From assembly GCF_004010195.1 (NCBI RefSeq), contig NC_057718.1, forward strand, positions 60,382,137 through 60,446,136: a DNA stretch of 64,000 nucleotides, given 5' to 3'. Positions within the stretch are counted from its first letter, which is position 1. The number at the start of each line of letters is the position of its first letter. Under the pieces are notes generated by a model. It worked only from the letters and a program-made list of their open reading frames with translations, did not search any database and was not told the origin of the DNA. Positions 60,987 to 64,000 of the stretch are shown here, piece by piece. A program made the position numbers and the translations under genes. Origin of the DNA: Chiloscyllium plagiosum (taxonomy: Eukaryota).

Positions 60987-62120
60987 TTTGACAAGGTCCA
61001 TCATAGTAACCTGGTCCAGAAGATAAAGTCACACGGGATCCATGGTGAGTTAGCAAGTTGGATACAAAATTGGCTTGGTCATTGAAGACGGAGGGTAGTT
61101 GTGACGGGTAGTTTTTTTCTGACTGGAGGCTCTGACCAGTGGTGTTTCACAAAGATCAGTGCTGAGAACTCTGTTGTTTGCAATATATATAAATGATTTG
61201 AATGAAATGTAGGTGATTTGATTAGTAAATTTGCAGATGACACAAAAATTGTGTGTAGTGAGGAAGGTTATCAAAAGATACAGCAGGATATAGATCAGTT
61301 GGAAAGTTGAGTGCAGAAATGGCAGATAATGTTTAATCTGGAAAAATGTGAGATGATGCATTTTGGGAGGTCAAATGAAAGAGGAACGTAGATAGTAAAT
61401 ACCCAGGATCTTTGGAGCATTGATATACAGAGAGATCTTGGGGTGCAAGTCCATTGCTGTCTGAAAGTTGTAACCCAAATGGTAAAAGTGGTAATGAAGA
61501 TGTGCAGCATGCTTGCCTTCATCGATCAGGGCATTGAGTATAAAAGTTGGCTTGGCACATTGCAGCTGTGTAAGACTTTAGTTATGTCACATTTGGAGTC
61601 TTGTGTGCAGTTCTGGTCACCACACTATAGGAATGATGTGGAGGCCTTGGAGAGGGTGCAAAATAGTTTTACCTAAATATTGCCTGAGTTGGAGCACATT
61701 CTCTATAAGGAGAGTTTGGATAAACTTGGATTGGTTTCCCTGGAGGATTGGAGGCTGAGGGACGACCTGACAGAGGTACATAAAATTTATAAGGAGCATG
61801 GATAGGCTGTACAGTCAGAGTCATGCTCCCAGGATGAAAGTGTCAAATACTAGAGGGCATTGATTCAAGGTGAGAGGAGAAAAGTTTAAAGGAGATCTGC
61901 GAGACAAGTTTTTTAAACAGAGGATGGTAGGTGCCTAGAATGCGATGCTAGGGGTGGTGGTAGAAACAGTAATATTTAAGAGGCATTTAGACAGACATAT
62001 GAACAGGCAGGGAATGGAAGGATACAGGCTGTGTGATTAGTTTAGAATAGCATCGTGGTTGGCACAGACAGATTGGGCCGAAGGTCCTATTCCTGTGATG
62101 TATTGTTCTAGATTCTATGA
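60987..62120 (+). mobile_element. CR1 LINE RT C-terminal fragment + 3' UTR
   Basis: FDKV, YINDL, SKFADDTK, HLESCVQFWSPHYR.DV.ALERVQ; 3' UTR GGGCCGAAGG.CCT.TTCCTGTG..GTATTGTTCTA. Confidence 0.93.
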
Positions 62121-62369
62121 AAGGACCGGTTGCCTCTGAGCACTTGCATTAGTATGAAGACCAATGGATCTTTCTTTCATATCTGTGGACAAAAAGATCA
62201 TTTGACAATGAAATACCACAGAATAGTGAAGTTGTATTATTGATTAAGAGCTGGTAAGTCTCACTGTTCTTCTACCTTAGTAATACAATGACATTTTGAG
62301 TTTCTTGCCATGGTATTCGTAGATTTAGGACAAAGAGATGAATGAATTTGAGAGAAGAATGCAGAGTAC

Positions 62370-62870
62370 CAATTCAGTTCTTCAAGAGACTCATACAAGA
62401 ACAGTGAATCATTGATGAATATCTTTGCAGACAATCGTCCCTGCACTGAAAGATTTGCTGTTAAGACTGTTGAGACTCTGTATAAAAGGATAACATAAGA
62501 TGAACTTTATCATTGAATGCTGTCATTTCTGACAGGCTAGGCAAGGTCGAACAATGTTCTTGATAAAAAGCGGAATGCATTCTCATGTTTCGGTATTGCT
62601 GAAAGACTTTCTGGTATGTGCAGAGTTTATTGTACTCTGTGATCGTGTATGATATGCAAGAAGATCCCATCAGGCTTGCTCTCATTGTGGATGGTTGAAC
62701 GATCATTGTGACTACCTTGTACAATTGAGGATATTGGCACTTCCAATGCATTTTTAGTAGCCACATGCAGTGAATCCTCATTAGCAATTTTTTGTAACAT
62801 AATCTTATATTTCTAGGAGTACATAAAGAGTTTTGCTCATCCTGACCTGGAAGAATTTCAGAGGCATCTT
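62370..62870 (-). pseudogene. Possible PIF/Harbinger transposase relic F
   Basis: Minus strand KFFQVRMSKT (FxxxFRMSKxTF), AFNDK (YFNYK), QGRLSAKIFINDSLFLYESLE (GRxxDxxxFxNSxLYxxL), in the expected order. Confidence 0.35.
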
Positions 62871-63160
62871 TTTTTGCTGCATTAATGGATGAATGCCAGG
62901 TACTGTAGAATTTTCATCTTGCAATGTCAAACTGCATCTGTTGGAGTTATCTTCTCTGGTTCATTCGCTGGGTGTGCCTCCTGTCAGTGGCTACTGTCTG
63001 ACTTATTATGCCAGGATCCCCCGATGGATAGATGCCTCCAAGGACTTCAGTGAAAACTGTATAGGCTGACAGTGCATAATGCAGGCATGAGATTGATTTT
63101 GCACGCTGCTGAATAGCAAGATGCCTTGTCTGAGGACTGCTAAGCAGCAAGACAAGCTTC

Positions 63161-63253
63161 TGGATCAGTGGTGCTGGAAGAGCACAGCAATTCAGGCAGC
63201 ATCCGACGAGCAGCAAAATCGACGTTTCGGGCAAAGGTCCTTCATCAGGAATA
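63161..63253 (-). mobile_element. Penelope-derived mini-element with near-intact hammerhead motif
   Basis: TSD AAGCTTC at 63154-63160 and 63254-63260; minus strand uuc-CUGAUGA-a-GGAC-cuuu-GCCC-GAAA-C-GUC-gauu. Confidence 0.82.
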
Positions 63254-63434
63254 AAGCTTCCTGTTCATGTGTCTGTGCTAATTGGCATGGCAAGGCAAAA
63301 CCAGGCAAAGCAGGGATGCAGTGAGCAAGCAGGCAGACATTAGGTAAACAAGAACAAAGAGAAAATGTGAGCAGCTCTGATATACAACCTGGTCTAATTC
63401 TTCAGTTGAGTCCTTGTCTCTGAGTGCAACGAGA

Positions 63435-63915
63435 CATAGAGTCATTCAGCATAGAAACCTTGCGTCTATCCAGTCCATATCAATCATGATCCACTAATCC
63501 CACCTGCCTGCGCTCTGTCCATATCCCTCTAAACGTTTCTTATTCATGAATTTATTCAAATGTATTTCAAACGTTGTAACCGTACCTGCATCCACCATTT
63601 TCTCTGGCATGCACAAACCACTCCATGTAAAAACAAAGTCGCCCTTCATGTCTTTTTTAAATCTTTCGCTTCTCACCTTTAAAATATGCTCTCTCGGATT
63701 GAAGTCCCTGGCCATAAGGAAAAGACCCTTGTCATTCACTTTATCCATGTCCCTCATGATTTCATAAACCTCCCAAATGTCACCCTTCAACCTTCTGTGT
63801 TCTGGTTAAAAATGTCCCAGTCTCTCCAGTCCACGTTTGTATTTCAAATCCTCCAGTCCTGGTAACATCCTGGTTTTCTGAACCCTCTCCAGTTTAATAA
63901 TCTCCTTCCCATAAC
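63435..63915 (-). mobile_element. CR1 LINE 3' fragment
   Basis: ORF 63494-63790 KGD.WEVYEIMRDMDKVN..LF...LKVR.ERFK.D.KG; CATAGAGTCAT tail. Confidence 0.9.
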
Positions 63916-64000
63916 AGAATCCTTGCAGCAACCCTTCAATGCTAATTGCCAGTGTGACCTCCTATGCAAATCTGTGCTTCCAGAGTACCCTACCCATGTA

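Noticed and set aside
63025..63125. IDASK as Gypsy RNase H on the + strand
   Set aside because: The following GLGAxL and YASR motifs are absent.

Overview
This is non-coding, repeat-rich vertebrate DNA from a shark. HE1-type SINEs, SacSINE1-type SINEs and HER1/CR1 LINEs point to an elasmobranch, most likely a bamboo or carpet shark. I could not support any intact host protein-coding exon, rRNA, true tRNA gene or CRISPR array. Essentially every ORF in the track comes from a transposon, from low-complexity sequence or from chance. Recognisable content: (1) many 5'-truncated CR1 LINEs, plus L2, Rex/Babar and SacSINE1-partner LINE relics; (2) HE1, SacSINE1-like and other tRNA-derived SINEs; (3) nine Penelope-derived inserts, seven of them short (~90-210 bp net) with clear 7-16 bp target-site duplications and minimal type-I hammerhead ribozyme motifs (three are inverted two-ribozyme hairpins); of the other two, one is still joined to a GIY-YIG endonuclease end; (4) fossils of about six PIF/Harbinger DNA transposons, three still showing the convergent transposase + Myb/SANT two-gene layout; (5) a Gypsy/Gmr1-like gag relic next to an LTR; (6) MITEs and fold-back palindromes, a GATA-motif tandem array, and several repeat-free AT-rich blocks that may be conserved non-coding elements. 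Family assignments come from motif recognition by eye, not from database searches, and boundaries of old elements are approximate.
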